Shown in pieces: positions 1-9,476 of a stretch of 64,000 bases of DNA; the first letter of the stretch is position 1, and each line of letters begins with the position of its first letter. The position numbers were made by a program, and so were the translations under genes. The notes beneath the pieces are model-generated. The model was not told the origin of the DNA. It did not search any database and was given only the letters and a program-made list of their open reading frames with translations. The DNA lies in contig JBAZYF010000001.1 in NCBI GenBank assembly GCA_041659505.1, positions 253,274-317,273 on the forward strand, written 5' to 3'. Source of the DNA: Parcubacteria group bacterium (lineage in GTDB: Bacteria > Patescibacteriota > Minisyncoccia > Moranbacterales > UBA2206).

Positions 1-411
1 ACTCAACTTTCCTGCGCCATAACGGAACATGACCAAGAAAGATGCAAGATATAACAGCGCCACTTCCCCGCCGTTAAAAAGCGGATTGAGTCCAGCCGGG
101 AAATGTACCAGGAAATACGCCACCAGCATTTCGATCACTCCCAACAGCGCTGCCAAGCGAGTGAACACGCCAAAGAAAACCAACAGTCCTACAACAACTT
201 CAACCAGGCCAGCAAACCAAAACAGACTAAAAAATGGCACGGCGCCATGGCCACCAATGCCCCCGAACAAACCAAAAAATTTTTGCGCTCCGTGCATAAA
301 AAACATTGCGGACACAATAAGCCGGAAAACAGTATAGGCCGTATTATCCCCATCTTCGTCATGACAACCTGACGATATTTTTTGCATATACTTTTTAACT
401 ATTCCTTCCAT
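1..411 (-). CDS. DoxX family membrane protein (3' end runs off the window)
   Basis: Own translation from ATG 411: MEGIVKK...VFRLIVSAMFFMHGAQKFFG...AGLVEVVVGLLVFFGVFTRLAA...HFPAGLNPLFNGGEVALLY...GAGKLS; the HGxQK, E..G...G..TR.AA and NGGE motifs are typical of DoxX. Absent from the ORF track because it has no stop in the window. Confidence 0.85.
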   Translation of the reverse strand, partial: MEGIVKKYMQKISSGCHDEDGDNTAYTVFRLIVSAMFFMHGAQKFFGLFGGIGGHGAVPFFSLFWFAGLVEVVVGLLVFFGVFTRLAALLGVIEMLVAYFLVHFPAGLNPLFNGGEVALLYLASFLVMFRYGAGKLS

Positions 412-444
412 ATGTTTGAAGTTAAATAATTAATTACCAATTTT

Positions 445-897
445 TTATTTACCCCTTTCTCGTGGATCAAGCCCAACTCTCCAAATGATCGTTTGTACGA
501 TTGATCCCAAGCCGGAAATCGCCAGAAGCAGGACAAAAAAGTGGGTCAGCGGACTGAGGAAAAAAATGAAAGCCACGAACAGTCCCGCCCAAATTCCCGT
601 GCACCACGGGCAATTGATCAGCATCGAGAGCTCTCGGCGATAACCGGAAGAATACCTCCGCAAATAACCGCGGACATGCTCCGTGATCGTGTCATAAACA
701 AAAAGTCGGATCAGTCGAAAAGTGGCAAAAAAAAGTAAAGTAAAATCAAACCAAGAAATTTCTCTTCCCAATTTATGCGTAAGATTTAAATAATAAGTAG
801 CACTAGCGACCAAGGCTAAAAATATAGCAGAAAAAAAATTATGCCAAAATGCTTGACTGTTTTTATAAATTTCTTCGTTCATATTATTAAAACTCAT
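445..897 (-). CDS. DUF1360-like membrane protein
   Basis: ATFRLIRLFVYDTITEHVR and LINCPWCTGIW motifs with TM helices. Confidence 0.75.
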   Translation of the reverse strand: MSFNNMNEEIYKNSQAFWHNFFSAIFLALVASATYYLNLTHKLGREISWFDFTLLFFATFRLIRLFVYDTITEHVRGYLRRYSSGYRRELSMLINCPWCTGIWAGLFVAFIFFLSPLTHFFVLLLAISGLGSIVQTIIWRVGLDPRERGK

Positions 898-1029
898 CAA
901 GATAAAAGGAAACCATCAGGCAACTGAAAAAATCCAGCTAACTGCCATCACATAGAGACAGGCGGTTCGAGCCTTTCTCTATGGATTATAAATTGTCGCA
1001 AAGACATGCCTCGCCTCTTTCATCACTAG

Positions 1030-1176
1030 TTATACGATGCTACGGCCTTGCAAAAGGCGCATTACAATCAAGATTACTGCCACAACTAGCAGAACATGGA
1101 TCAGTCCTCCCAGTGTGTAGGAAGAAACAAGCCCCAATACCCATAGAATGAGTAAAATTACAATTATTGTCCACAT
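1030..1176 (-). CDS. Small membrane protein, lmo0937/DUF5670-like (48 aa)
   Basis: Own translation MWTIIVILLILWVLGLVSSYTLGGLIHVLLVVAVILIVMRLLQGRSIV*; below the ORF-track cut-off. Confidence 0.8.
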   Translation of the reverse strand: MWTIIVILLILWVLGLVSSYTLGGLIHVLLVVAVILIVMRLLQGRSIV

Positions 1177-1273
1177 ATATTTATGCTTTTTAACTAATTA
1201 TACTTGCCTGTCAACGTTAATACGAGACAAAAAGCCAAAAGGATCGCTAGCGCTCTAGAGATAAAGAGGTTTA

Positions 1274-1302
1274 AAGGTTGTCTCGGTAAACATGTAAGTC
1301 CT
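1274..1302. repeat. Partial (right-end) copy of the ~149-bp MITE family
   Basis: aaggttgtctcggtaaacatgtaagtcct resembles the right end aaggttgcttttggcaaatgcgtaagtcct of the copy at 3448-3596. Confidence 0.55.
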
Positions 1303-1323
1303 GACATGGCAACTTTTCAAGTA

Positions 1324-1474
1324 AGGACTGACGTCCGATCCAAAAGCAAGCTTATCCATAGCCAGGATTAGTCAAAAAAAACCTTAACAGTTCTTATTGG
1401 TTAAAGGGAGAATAAATAAACTCCAAAAGGCCACGCGACTTGAAGCTTGCTTTTGGATTGGACGTCAGCCGCCT
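1324..1474. mobile_element. MITE-like element copy 1
   Basis: Arms ctgacgtccgatccaaaagcaagctt / aagcttgcttttggattggacgtcag; the interior is similar to the copies at 3448 and 9326. Confidence 0.75.
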
Positions 1475-1496
1475 ATGCTATACTATAAATATAACT

Positions 1497-3437
1497 ATGA
1501 CCATACTTATCAAAGAAGAAACCGAAGAAGAAAAAGTCGCTAAAAAAATCCAAAAAAAGACACGCTGGAAAAGCTTTCTTTTGAGCATGTTTGCTTTTCT
1601 TCTACTAGGACTGCCCTTGGCCACCTATTTCCATTTTGGCTTTGACCATTTGAGCGAATTTGAAACCGCCGATGAATTTCTGTGGTATTCCCAAGGCAGA
1701 ATCCAGCAGTATTGGGATGCGATGCTTTCACGCAATTGGAAAGACACCCGCATCAATGACAAACCCGGAGTCAGCCTGGCCATCATTTCCGGTTCGGCGC
1801 GTTTTTGGGAGAAGGCTCCGCCACCTGATACATTTGACGGCATCCGCAAACTGAAAATATTTCCCGTCTCCGAAATTCTGGAAGCGCATTTCAACTACCG
1901 CATGCCAATTTTGCTTTTTAATGGGATTATGGCGCTCTATTTTTTCTGGATGATTCGAAAAATCACAAGCAACGATTGGGCGGCGCTTTTTTCTTCGACG
2001 CTCATCCTCCTGCAACCGATCCTGCTTGGCGTTTCTCAAATCATCAACCCCGACGCGCTTTTTTGGTCTTTCGCCCTCGCTTGCCTTTTGACTTTTTTGG
2101 CATTTCTAGAAACTGGCCAGATTTTTTTGGTCCCCCTTTCCATCATCCTGCTTGGCTTCACCTTAGCCAGTAAATATGTAGGAATCATTCTTTTTCCCTT
2201 TCTCCTTTTCGCCCTTGGGGTACACGCCATCTTTCACATTCCTGATTGGCAAAAAGAATCAAAAATCATCTGGAAAAAAATGCTTTGGCGCTCCTTGGCT
2301 TACCTCCTGATCGTCGCCGGCGGAATCGGCACTTTTGCACTCCTCATGCCAGCAGCACTGGTAAAAATTAAATATCTGGCCGAAGGCACCTATGATTTTC
2401 CTGGCATGCAAACAATTTTTCGCATAAGCATCGGCATTGCGCTGGGAATAATTCTCGACGCCCTGATTTTCAAAAGTAAAATTCTCATCTTTGTCGCCCG
2501 TTATGGCAAATATCCCCGCATCATTTTCACCGGACTGTTATTTTTCGCCATGGCTACACTGGTAGTTGTGGTTGGCGTCGATTGGACACGCGAATCAAAT
2601 CTGTTTGGCCTATTGGGTTTTTCTTTCGAAGGCGGAAAAATTCCAGAGTTTTCCGTCCTGCCGTTTTTCAAACAGTTTCTCCTGGAAAGCCGGCCGCTCA
2701 TTTTTGCAACCACTCCCCTAGTTTTAGGCACCTTAGTTTTTGCCTGGCTAGCCAGTGCTTTCAAACAGTGGAAAACGAACTGGTTTTTGGTCATCCTCAC
2801 CGCTTTTATCCCTATTTTTTTCCTGGCGGTAATGGAACAAAAACTGCTCATCCACGTGCGCTACAGCATCATTCTTTTTCCCATTGTCGCTATTATTGCT
2901 GGAGTGTTTTTGGCGGAATTTTTTCACTGGGGGTTTTTACGCTATGTCCCAAAAGTGATTATTTTTGCCCTGCTTTTTTCCGCCAGCGTCGTCTACCTGC
3001 AAAAAGCGCAGCCGTTCTATTTCAACTACACCAATGAACTTTTGCCTAAAAGCTATTCTCTAGTAGACGGCTGGGGCTATGGCGGTTATGAAGCAGCGCA
3101 GTATTTAAACAGTCTGCCTGACGCCGGAAAAACGCGCGTAATTGCCGACTACATGGGAGTCTGTCAATTCTATGTCGGTCCCTGTATCCGCTATAGCGAC
3201 ATAACGAGGACGTCTTTTCGCAAACGCTGGAATGCTAAGGGCTATAATTATTTTGTCCTGAGCAAAAAAGGCTTTGGACGTTTCGACTTGAACGAAGATT
3301 TTCCAGAATTGGACACTTTCGAGCCAATCTGGAAAATGGAAATCCATGATCGCCCCGGCAACTATCTCAAAATAATTTCTTCCGAAACAGCAATCCTAAA
3401 GGATAAAAGCGAAGCTTCTTTGGAAAGTGGAGATTAG
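1497..3437 (+). CDS. GT-C fold (PMT/ArnT-like, family 39/83) membrane glycosyltransferase
   Basis: Multi-TM protein; ADEFLW loop, DKPG, R.P, 'INPDAL', 'LASKY' and 'HVRY' motifs. Start set at ATG 1497 because the TTG at 1440 lies inside the MITE. Confidence 0.75.
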   Translation: MTILIKEETEEEKVAKKIQKKTRWKSFLLSMFAFLLLGLPLATYFHFGFDHLSEFETADEFLWYSQGRIQQYWDAMLSRNWKDTRINDKPGVSLAIISGSARFWEKAPPPDTFDGIRKLKIFPVSEILEAHFNYRMPILLFNGIMALYFFWMIRKITSNDWAALFSSTLILLQPILLGVSQIINPDALFWSFALACLLTFLAFLETGQIFLVPLSIILLGFTLASKYVGIILFPFLLFALGVHAIFHIPDWQKESKIIWKKMLWRSLAYLLIVAGGIGTFALLMPAALVKIKYLAEGTYDFPGMQTIFRISIGIALGIILDALIFKSKILIFVARYGKYPRIIFTGLLFFAMATLVVVVGVDWTRESNLFGLLGFSFEGGKIPEFSVLPFFKQFLLESRPLIFATTPLVLGTLVFAWLASAFKQWKTNWFLVILTAFIPIFFLAVMEQKLLIHVRYSIILFPIVAIIAGVFLAEFFHWGFLRYVPKVIIFALLFSASVVYLQKAQPFYFNYTNELLPKSYSLVDGWGYGGYEAAQYLNSLPDAGKTRVIADYMGVCQFYVGPCIRYSDITRTSFRKRWNAKGYNYFVLSKKGFGRFDLNEDFPELDTFEPIWKMEIHDRPGNYLKIISSETAILKDKSEASLESGD

Positions 3438-3447
3438 CTAATATTGG

Positions 3448-3596
3448 CAGGACTTACGCATTTGCCAAAAGCAAGCTTATCTATAGCCGAGGTTAGTCAA
3501 GAAAAACTTCTGCTTTCTTGGCAACTAAATAAGTAAAGATGAGCTCTAAGTAGCTACGCGCTTTGAAGGTTGCTTTTGGCAAATGCGTAAGTCCTA
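3448..3596. mobile_element. MITE-like element copy 2, with perfect 26-bp TIR and 5-bp target-site duplication
   Basis: aggacttacgcatttgccaaaagcaa (3449-3474) is the exact reverse complement of 3570-3595; ATTGG lies directly on both sides (3443-3447, 3597-3601). Confidence 0.85.
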
Positions 3597-3819
3597 ATTG
3601 GAAAAAACACAAGCTATTTCATAAAAACTTTTTCCGTCAACTTATTTTTTATTTTAATCCAATAGGCACTCAGTCCGCCGAGTGTTGCAATTATTTCTTG
3701 AACTTGGGGAGAATAATAGCCGCCATTGACCGAATGCGCTAAACATGCTAAGCTTCAGGCAGTGAAAAGTCGTCGAGCTTCACGCAATACATAAGGATTA
3801 TTAATTACAACGAAAAAAT

Positions 3820-4017
3820 ATGATCGGTACAATAAAGAAAAAAACTGACAAAGGTTTCGGATTCATCACTTCTCCAGAATTGGGCAAGGATTTATTCTTC
3901 CACAGCAATTCTTTGGTTGACGTTACATTTGACGAAATCCAAGAAGGTGACCAAGTTTCTTTTGATTCAGAAGAGTCTCCAAAAGGCTTGAACGCAATCA
4001 ACGTTAAGCGCGCCTAG
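3820..4017 (+). CDS. cspA: Cold-shock protein
   Basis: KGFGFI (RNP1) and DLFFH (RNP2); 65 aa. Confidence 0.95.
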   Translation: MIGTIKKKTDKGFGFITSPELGKDLFFHSNSLVDVTFDEIQEGDQVSFDSEESPKGLNAINVKRA

Positions 4018-4034
4018 TTTTTTAGGTAAACTTC

Positions 4035-4072
4035 AAAAAACTCCCAAAGCTTCACGCTTTCGGGAGTTTTTT
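4035..4072 (+). terminator. Intrinsic terminator after csp
   Basis: aaaaaactcccaaagc-ttcac-gctttcgggagtttttt hairpin with U tract. Confidence 0.8.
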
Positions 4073-4181
4073 GTTTGCAATTTTTTCACAGAGACGCTCT
4101 ACCTGAATGTTCTTTTATATTTAAAACCAAAACCCCAATGTGGGGTTTTGGAAGTTACTACTCTTATCTGGTCAATAGACA

Positions 4182-4508
4182 TCAGTCAGATTGAATTATG
4201 ACTCTGTCAACACTTTCAAACATCTTGTCGTGATCGCTATAGTTTCCGCGGACCTTTACTACCAAGCCATTCATGAAATCGCTAAAATGTCTCGGGCTAC
4301 TATCTTTGTCGGTGATGATGTCATTTTTACTCAATTTGACCATCATTGTTCCCATATGATCAGACACAAACGTAAAGGTTTTGTTGGCCGGATCGGGATT
4401 CATAATCTTTCCCCTGAAAGTGCTGTCGGCATGAGCTGGAACACTAGAGAGGGAGAGAGCACCTACGACAAGAGCCAAAGAAGCAACAATTGTTGTTAGC
4501 TTTGTCAT
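4182..4508 (-). CDS. Small secreted OB-fold-like protein (DUF5666-like)
   Basis: Signal peptide ending AHA; 'FSDFMNGLVVKVRG' pattern. Confidence 0.55.
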   Translation of the reverse strand: MTKLTTIVASLALVVGALSLSSVPAHADSTFRGKIMNPDPANKTFTFVSDHMGTMMVKLSKNDIITDKDSSPRHFSDFMNGLVVKVRGNYSDHDKMFESVDRVIIQSD

Positions 4509-4753
4509 ATAATTGTGATTAGATTAATTAAAAAGAACTATTCTTCCAAATAATCGACCTTTTATTTGGTCAATTAAGTTATTAATTTTTGGTTTTTTGA
4601 GATGCTAGCCATAAACACCTCTGAATACTGATGATACGATGCTATTCCTTTTTTCGGCGCAAAATACCACCTTAAAAATTTGATCGCTACCGGCTTTCAA
4701 AAAGAACAAAAATAGCCTACAATAGAGGCATAAAAAATTAGCCTAAAAATCCT

Positions 4754-5203
4754 ATGCCAAACACACCCATTATTCAACTGCTGGAAGAAAACGAGTTGAA
4801 TGTTTCTGCGCTCTATGCGCTCTATGCCCAAAAAATTCCCGCCAAATGTACTTTTTGGAATCAACTTTCCCGGGAAGAAATTTCCCATGCCGCTTCCATA
4901 AAAAACGATTGTCTTGGCCTTAATTTAGAACAAGCCATTGCCGAGAATAATTTTTCGCGCGGAATCATCACCTATGTGATGGATTTCGTTTTGGCAGAGA
5001 TTGAAAGAGCCCAAAATAATGCGGTATCACACTTTGACGCCCTAAACACCGCTCTGCGAATCGAGCGCTCAATGCTGGAAAAAAAATGTTTTGACATTTT
5101 TGCCCCGACAAACATAACCCTCAAGGAGTTGTTTGAAAAACTAAACACCGAAACCGAACAGCACACAAAAGTGCTGACGGAAGAATTGAAACGATTCAAT
5201 TAG
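4754..5203 (+). CDS. Ferritin/rubrerythrin-like protein
   Basis: E..V..LY, FW..L..EE..HA, AL.IE and ETEQH motifs. Confidence 0.7.
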   Translation: MPNTPIIQLLEENELNVSALYALYAQKIPAKCTFWNQLSREEISHAASIKNDCLGLNLEQAIAENNFSRGIITYVMDFVLAEIERAQNNAVSHFDALNTALRIERSMLEKKCFDIFAPTNITLKELFEKLNTETEQHTKVLTEELKRFN

Positions 5204-5277
5204 TAAACAGCAAAAGGCCCCGCTAGGAAAATCAGGACTTGCTCGCTTGCTCGAGTCATTGTAATGTAATTGCCCAT

Positions 5278-6594
5278 ATGAAAAGATTATTGCGCCTCAT
5301 TCCCAAAGGCAGTGTCGTTTTGGCCATTACCTCTTTCGCCTCCTATGTCCTAGGCCTCGGGCGAGACCATTTTTTCGCGCGTACTTTCGGCGCAGGACGC
5401 GCCTTGGATGCCTATAACGCCGCTTTTCTTTTTCCTGATTTATTATTCAATATCCTCATTGCTGGAGGGATTGCCGCCGCTTTTGTGCCAATCCTCACCG
5501 AACTGTTGCGCAAAGACGAGAAGATCGCCAAGGACTATGTCGATTCCGTCATCACCGCCGCCACCGGAACAATGCTTCTTTCCGCTGTGATTATTTTGCT
5601 GTTTGCTAATCCGATCAGCGCGCTTGTTGCTCCCGGTTTTAGCGGCGAGGAAAAATTATTGGTAGCCAAAATCCTCCATGTCTTGGCCTGGTCTCCGATT
5701 TTTTTTGCTGCCTCGAACGCTATCGGGGCGATGCTCATCACCAAAAGGCGTTTTTTATTTTATGGACTTTCACCGGTGCTCTATAATTTGGGAATAATTT
5801 TGGGGACAGTTTTTCTCGCTCCCCACTTTGGGATTATGGGAGTGACCTATGGCACACTCTTTGGTGCAATCCTTCATCTCCTGACGAGGCTCGGCGATGC
5901 CATCTGGCAAGGATTTCGCTTTCGACCGAATTATAATTTTCGCACGCCGGAATTTCGCAAAACCCTGCGCCTTATGCTTCCGAAAATGTTCGGCCATCCG
6001 ATCGAGCTCGCCACTTTTTGGGGTTTCACCTCCATCGCTTCCGCGCTCGCGCCCGGATCAGTTACAGTCATCAGTTTCGCGCGCAACTTTCAAAGCGTAC
6101 CGATCAGCCTCATCGGCATCACGATTGCCACCACCAGTTTTCCTGTCCTTTCTCATGCCATCAGCGAAAAAGCTAAAGAGAAATATTGGAAAACACTCAA
6201 AAATTCTTTCTGGGCGATTTTTTCTATCAGCGCACTTTCCGCTATTGTCATTTTTTTTATCCGCCGACCGCTCATCGGAATTTTTCTCGGTGGCGGAGCA
6301 TTTGATGCGGAAGATATTAATCGCACTGCCTTGGCGCTCGGTGTCTTTTGTCTGAGCATCCCGACCGAAGCACTGGTACATCTTTTGGCGCGCGCTTTTT
6401 ATGCCACAAAAAATACGACCATTCCGGTCGCTGTTAGTATTCTCGGAATCATTATTGCCATCCCCGGCGGATATTTCCTCAGCCACACCTACGGCCTCAT
6501 CGCCCTCCCCTTCGCCTTTTTCCTCGGCAGTGCGTTTGAACTGATTATCCTAGGAATTCTTCTGCCGCGACGAGTGGGGAAAATTTTGGATTAA
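5278..6594 (+). CDS. murJ: Lipid II flippase MurJ (MviN)
   Basis: LGLGRD..FA..FGAG..LDAYNAAF..PD, AAFVP and RAFYA.KNT..P motifs. Confidence 0.9.
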   Translation: MKRLLRLIPKGSVVLAITSFASYVLGLGRDHFFARTFGAGRALDAYNAAFLFPDLLFNILIAGGIAAAFVPILTELLRKDEKIAKDYVDSVITAATGTMLLSAVIILLFANPISALVAPGFSGEEKLLVAKILHVLAWSPIFFAASNAIGAMLITKRRFLFYGLSPVLYNLGIILGTVFLAPHFGIMGVTYGTLFGAILHLLTRLGDAIWQGFRFRPNYNFRTPEFRKTLRLMLPKMFGHPIELATFWGFTSIASALAPGSVTVISFARNFQSVPISLIGITIATTSFPVLSHAISEKAKEKYWKTLKNSFWAIFSISALSAIVIFFIRRPLIGIFLGGGAFDAEDINRTALALGVFCLSIPTEALVHLLARAFYATKNTTIPVAVSILGIIIAIPGGYFLSHTYGLIALPFAFFLGSAFELIILGILLPRRVGKILD

Positions 6595-6601
6595 TTAAGT
6601 T

Positions 6602-7396
6602 TTACCCAACAATAATCATCACTTTTCTCCCCGTATCAACATTCCCGCCGTTCCAATCGTGATTGGCGTTCATAATCGTACTGGCTTTGTAGATATAGTC
6701 GGCGCCTTTTCTGGTGCCGGGGTCATTGGTGATGAAATCACCGTTTTTTCGGTAACCTTTGATGACAAGCATATGATAGAGTGGGCCGGGAGTTTGAAAA
6801 TTGGGATTGCCCAGTTGTCTGCCGGCTTCTGGCATAATCACTGCTTTGCCTTCTGCAAGCGCTGTCTTGATTTGCTCGATAGTCGGATCACTCACCACTT
6901 CCACTTTCGGCAAGTTAAAATATTCCCGCAAAATTGTGGCCGTTTCATCCGCAGTCGTGTCTTGATAGTAGCCGAATTTTTTCATCTCAAAATCCATAAT
7001 CGCCAACATTTTTTTGTCGGCGTCCGCGGGACCGTTGATTGGTTGGTTATTGATATAGCTCGCGACCATCAGTGTCGAAGCCTCTTCACAAAATTCTTGA
7101 TAGGGCGCGCTCCAGTTTTGATTGGGCGCTTGGGAAGTGAAGGGAATTTTCAGATTGACTTCAGCAGGTAAAGTGGCAGTTGCTACCGGCGTCGAGGGTG
7201 CGGTTGGAGATGAGGCAGTTGGCGATTGTGAAGATGTGGGAATATTTTCCTGGGGAGCCGGCGTCGCTTCATAGGGAACGGCCGGTGGCAAGGGCGTTAC
7301 GATGAATTTATCCTTAAAACGAAAAATGGCAAAACTGGCGCCAAAAATGACAAGTGTGCCTAAAAAAAATAATAATAATTTTTGTGGTTTTTGCAT
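6602..7396 (-). CDS. Membrane-anchored C39-like peptidase
   Basis: N-terminal TM, P/T-rich linker, PFTSQAP...CEEAS (Cys), YHMLVIKGY (His), NDPG (Asp). Confidence 0.8.
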   Translation of the reverse strand: MQKPQKLLLFFLGTLVIFGASFAIFRFKDKFIVTPLPPAVPYEATPAPQENIPTSSQSPTASSPTAPSTPVATATLPAEVNLKIPFTSQAPNQNWSAPYQEFCEEASTLMVASYINNQPINGPADADKKMLAIMDFEMKKFGYYQDTTADETATILREYFNLPKVEVVSDPTIEQIKTALAEGKAVIMPEAGRQLGNPNFQTPGPLYHMLVIKGYRKNGDFITNDPGTRKGADYIYKASTIMNANHDWNGGNVDTGRKVMIIVG

Positions 7397-7402
7397 ATAT
7401 TT

Positions 7403-7586
7403 CAGGACTCACACGTTTGCCCGAGTCAGCCGTATTTTCTAAAAAAATCTTGTCTGAGAATGCCTTTTTTCTTCAAAATTTTCCATTGGTTGCCGTCGAT
7501 TGAGGGGAAATTTTGAAAAGAAAAAAGAGCATTCGAGTTATTTTTTTAGAAAAATACCGGCTGCGAGGTAAAATGCGTAACTACTA
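7403..7586. repeat. Degenerate ~180-bp hairpin element related to the MITE ends
   Basis: Starts caggactcacacgtttgcc and ends aaatgcgtaactact; nested inverted repeats cagccgtattttctaaaaaaat/atttttttagaaaaataccggctg and ttcaaaattt/aaattttgaa. A similar left end is at 5233-5258. Confidence 0.6.
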
Positions 7587-7642
7587 TGATTATTGGGAAG
7601 ATTATAGCACAAACAGCCCGACTCTGCCAGCTTCTCCCATTC

Positions 7643-8056
7643 CTACCAATGCAATACTTCATGGACGATATCCACCACTTTTTGCGGAGTGGCCAGGGCT
7701 TTCACTACATAGAAATGCGCGTCGTATTTTCCTACTTTATTATAAGTCTTTTCATCACTGAGATTGCTCAGGACTACCACCGGGGTAGTTCTGATTGTAA
7801 TATCTCTTTTCATTTCTTCCAAAACTTCCATCCCGCCTTTGACCGGCATAAGCATATCCAAAAGAACGACGTCCGGTTTTCGCTCGCGGATAAGTGCTAA
7901 ACCTTCCTCACCGTTGACAGCGCTAATCACGTCAAACCCTTCTAATCTAAACTTTGTCGAATACATCTCTCTGATCATGGCGTCGTCATCAACAATACAG
8001 ACTAGCTTCTTTTCGCCAAGAATCTCTTCCATACTTTTTTGGTTGATATCTTCCAT
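7643..8056 (-). CDS. Single-domain response regulator (receiver)
   Basis: IVDDD, PDVVLLDMLMP (phospho-Asp), LSN, K. Confidence 0.9.
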   Translation of the reverse strand: MEDINQKSMEEILGEKKLVCIVDDDAMIREMYSTKFRLEGFDVISAVNGEEGLALIRERKPDVVLLDMLMPVKGGMEVLEEMKRDITIRTTPVVVLSNLSDEKTYNKVGKYDAHFYVVKALATPQKVVDIVHEVLHW

Positions 8057-8215
8057 ATATTTTTTACTGGTTTGAATTATTTTTTAGCTTGCCTAGAATA
8101 TTTTGCAAACTAACTATAGCATAACTATGGCTTTCCGTCCAAAGCAGGTTACGGAAAGACAGTTAATGATGTATAATATGCTTATTGGATGGTAATTAGA
8201 TAATCTCTCTGAATT

Positions 8216-9307
8216 ATGCCTTTTGAAATAAACCGCTCAATCAATCTGCGCAAATATTTTTTCAGCCTGCTGCTGTCTTTTGTTTTTTCCTGGTTATTTA
8301 TGCAGCCTGCTTTTGCTGCTACGCTCAGTTGCAACTCCTGCGCCACTTGCACTTCCCAAATTGCAGCCGCCACCAGCGGAGACACTGTCGAACTCACTGC
8401 TGATTTGACTGGCGGAACTGAGTCGACCTGCATCACTTTTGATCATAAAGACGGAGTCATCCTTGATTGTCAAAACCAAATCATCACAGGACCATATTGG
8501 GACGGCATCCCGCCCTATTTTTTTGGCATCAAGTTGCTTTCGGCCGATAATAACACCATTAGAAATTGCACGGTCAGCAGCTTCTATCAAGCTATCGATA
8601 TCGAAGGCAGTTCTGGAAATACGCTGGATAATGTGGCGGCAATATTTTCTTTTCAAAATGGCGTCCATGTCAACCGGGACTCTAGTAACAACATGATATC
8701 TAATAGCGTAGCGCAGTTTAATGGAAACCGTGGATTCTATATCTACTACAATTGCAATAACAACACAATTATGGATTCCGACTCGGCCAATAACACTGTT
8801 GGGGTTAATATTGAATATTCCTCCGGAAATATTCTAGACAATCTCACGATAGACGACAATGTTTATGGTGTTGGAATGGCCTACTGCGAAAACAACATCC
8901 TCAAAAATTCACGAATCAATGACAACAGCGACGCAGGGATAGCGATCGCTCCCGCAGATCACAATTCAACCTATGCGAGATATAATACTATATATAACAA
9001 TTATTTCAAAAATACCACAAACGTAACGATAAATGATGCTACGGATAGCCAGCCGAATTATTTTAACACCACGCTCAATTGCTCCTCTGGTCAAAATATC
9101 ATCAGCGGCGCATGCATCGGTGGAAATTTCTGGACAACGCCGACTAACAATGGCTTTTCTGATACTTGTACAGATGCCAATAGTAACGGCGTCTGTGACT
9201 TAGCTTATACTTTTTCAGCGATTAATATTGACAACTACCCGCTGGCTTCTGCGCTTTCCGGCGACCTCATCGCCCCGGCCTCACCGGCCGGACTTAGTGT
9301 GATGTAG
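8216..9307 (+). CDS. Secreted NosD/CASH parallel beta-helix surface protein
   Basis: Signal peptide, repeated GI.l..s.nN.i.n motifs, 'IYNNYF', 'GGNFW', 'DANSNGVCD', 'DNYPL'. Confidence 0.8.
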   Translation: MPFEINRSINLRKYFFSLLLSFVFSWLFMQPAFAATLSCNSCATCTSQIAAATSGDTVELTADLTGGTESTCITFDHKDGVILDCQNQIITGPYWDGIPPYFFGIKLLSADNNTIRNCTVSSFYQAIDIEGSSGNTLDNVAAIFSFQNGVHVNRDSSNNMISNSVAQFNGNRGFYIYYNCNNNTIMDSDSANNTVGVNIEYSSGNILDNLTIDDNVYGVGMAYCENNILKNSRINDNSDAGIAIAPADHNSTYARYNTIYNNYFKNTTNVTINDATDSQPNYFNTTLNCSSGQNIISGACIGGNFWTTPTNNGFSDTCTDANSNGVCDLAYTFSAINIDNYPLASALSGDLIAPASPAGLSVM

Positions 9308-9325
9308 ATTTGGTTATTTTCATTA

Positions 9326-9474
9326 CAAGACTTGCGAGTTTGTCAAAAACAAGCTCATCCACAGCCAAGGTTGGTCAAGAAAAACTCCCGCTTTCCTAAT
9401 GACTAAATAAGTAACGATAGACTCTAAGGAACTACGAGTCTTGAAGGTTGCTTTTGGCAAACGCGTAAGTTCTA
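9326..9474. mobile_element. MITE-like element copy 3 (degenerate)
   Basis: Same length and interior as 3448-3596; flanks CATTA / CACTA match at 4 of 5 positions. Confidence 0.75.
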
Positions 9475-9476
9475 CA

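Noticed and set aside
1440-1496. N-terminal extension of the glycosyltransferase in the ORF track
   Set aside because: The TTG start lies inside the MITE right arm; ATG 1497 is more plausible
7513-7900. ORFs 7513-7761 and 7586-7900
   Set aside because: They start in a hairpin repeat and are antisense to a clear response regulator
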